A stretch of 64,000 nucleotides of DNA from the NCBI RefSeq assembly GCF_964213995.1, contig NC_135808.1:23684001-23748000 (forward strand), written 5' to 3'. A program made the translations under genes and the position numbers. Shown piece by piece: positions 63,444-64,000 of this stretch. Each line of letters begins with the position of its first letter. The stretch's first letter is position 1. Below the pieces are notes generated by a model that was given only the letters and a program-made list of their open reading frames with translations, ran no database searches and had not been told where the DNA came from. Source of the DNA: Mustelus asterias. Its lineage: Eukaryota.

Positions 63444-63958
63444 GTGAGTGAGGGGGGAGCGAGAGTCGGTGAGTGAGGGGGGGAGTGAGAGTCGGTGAGT
63501 GAGGGGGGGAGTGAGAGTCGGTGAGTGAGGGGGGAGTGAGAGTCGGTGAGTGAGGGGGGAGTGAGAGTCGGTGAGTGAGGGGGGAGTGAGAGTCGGTGAG
63601 TGAGGGGGGAGTGAGAGTCGGTGAGTGAGGGGGGAGTGAGAGTCGGTGAGTGAGGGGGGAGTGAGAGTCGGTGAGTGAGGGGGGGGGTGAGAATCGGTGA
63701 GTGAGGGGGGAGTGAGAGTTGGTGAGTGAGGGGGGGAGTGGGAGTCGGTGAGTGTGGGGGGGAGTGAGAGTCGGTGAGTGTGGGGGGGAGTGAGAGTCGG
63801 TGAGTGAGGGGGGAGTGAGAGTCGGTGAGTGAAGGGGGAGTGAGAGTCAGTGAGTGAGGGGGGAGTGAGAGTCGGTGAGTGAGGGGGGAGTGAGAGTCGG
63901 TGAGTGAGGGGGGGGAGTGAGAGTATGTGAGCGAGGGGGGAGTGAGAGTCGGTGAAGG
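63438..63958 (+). repeat. About 25-bp minisatellite in gene D intron 3
   Basis: (GAGAGTCGGTGAGTGAGGGGGGAGT)n, about 20 units. Confidence 0.95.
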
Positions 63959-64000
63959 GGGTGATGCCAGGACTCTCTATCTCGAGGTTCCTGTACTGAC

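Overview
Repeat-dense vertebrate genomic DNA, almost certainly from a cartilaginous fish (shark), judged from the MHC class I sequences, HE1-like SINEs and CR1 content. The host content is a cluster of MHC class I heavy-chain genes resembling shark UAA but lacking several classical peptide-anchoring residues. Gene A (8051-17020, minus) and gene B (35293-42698, plus) each have 7 intact exons. Gene D (53390 to beyond 64000, plus) shows exons 1-3 with a very divergent, aromatic groove, and an orphan TM exon plus 3'UTR (gene C remnant, about 27996-29450, minus) lies between A and B. The 3' halves of A and B form a large inverted segmental duplication. The promoters carry X-X2-Y modules (two in A and D, each pair split by Penelope insertions). 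Introns 1 and 3 begin with tandem repeats built from the splice donor itself. The rest is mobile DNA: a near-intact Penelope element and many Penelope pLTR fragments with minimal hammerhead ribozymes, a gamma-type endogenous retroviral env with PPT and 3' LTR, a Mag-like Gypsy element with a nested solo LTR, CR1, Tx1-like and RTE-like LINE fragments, SINEs and minisatellites. All coordinates were read by eye. No database search or folding program was run.
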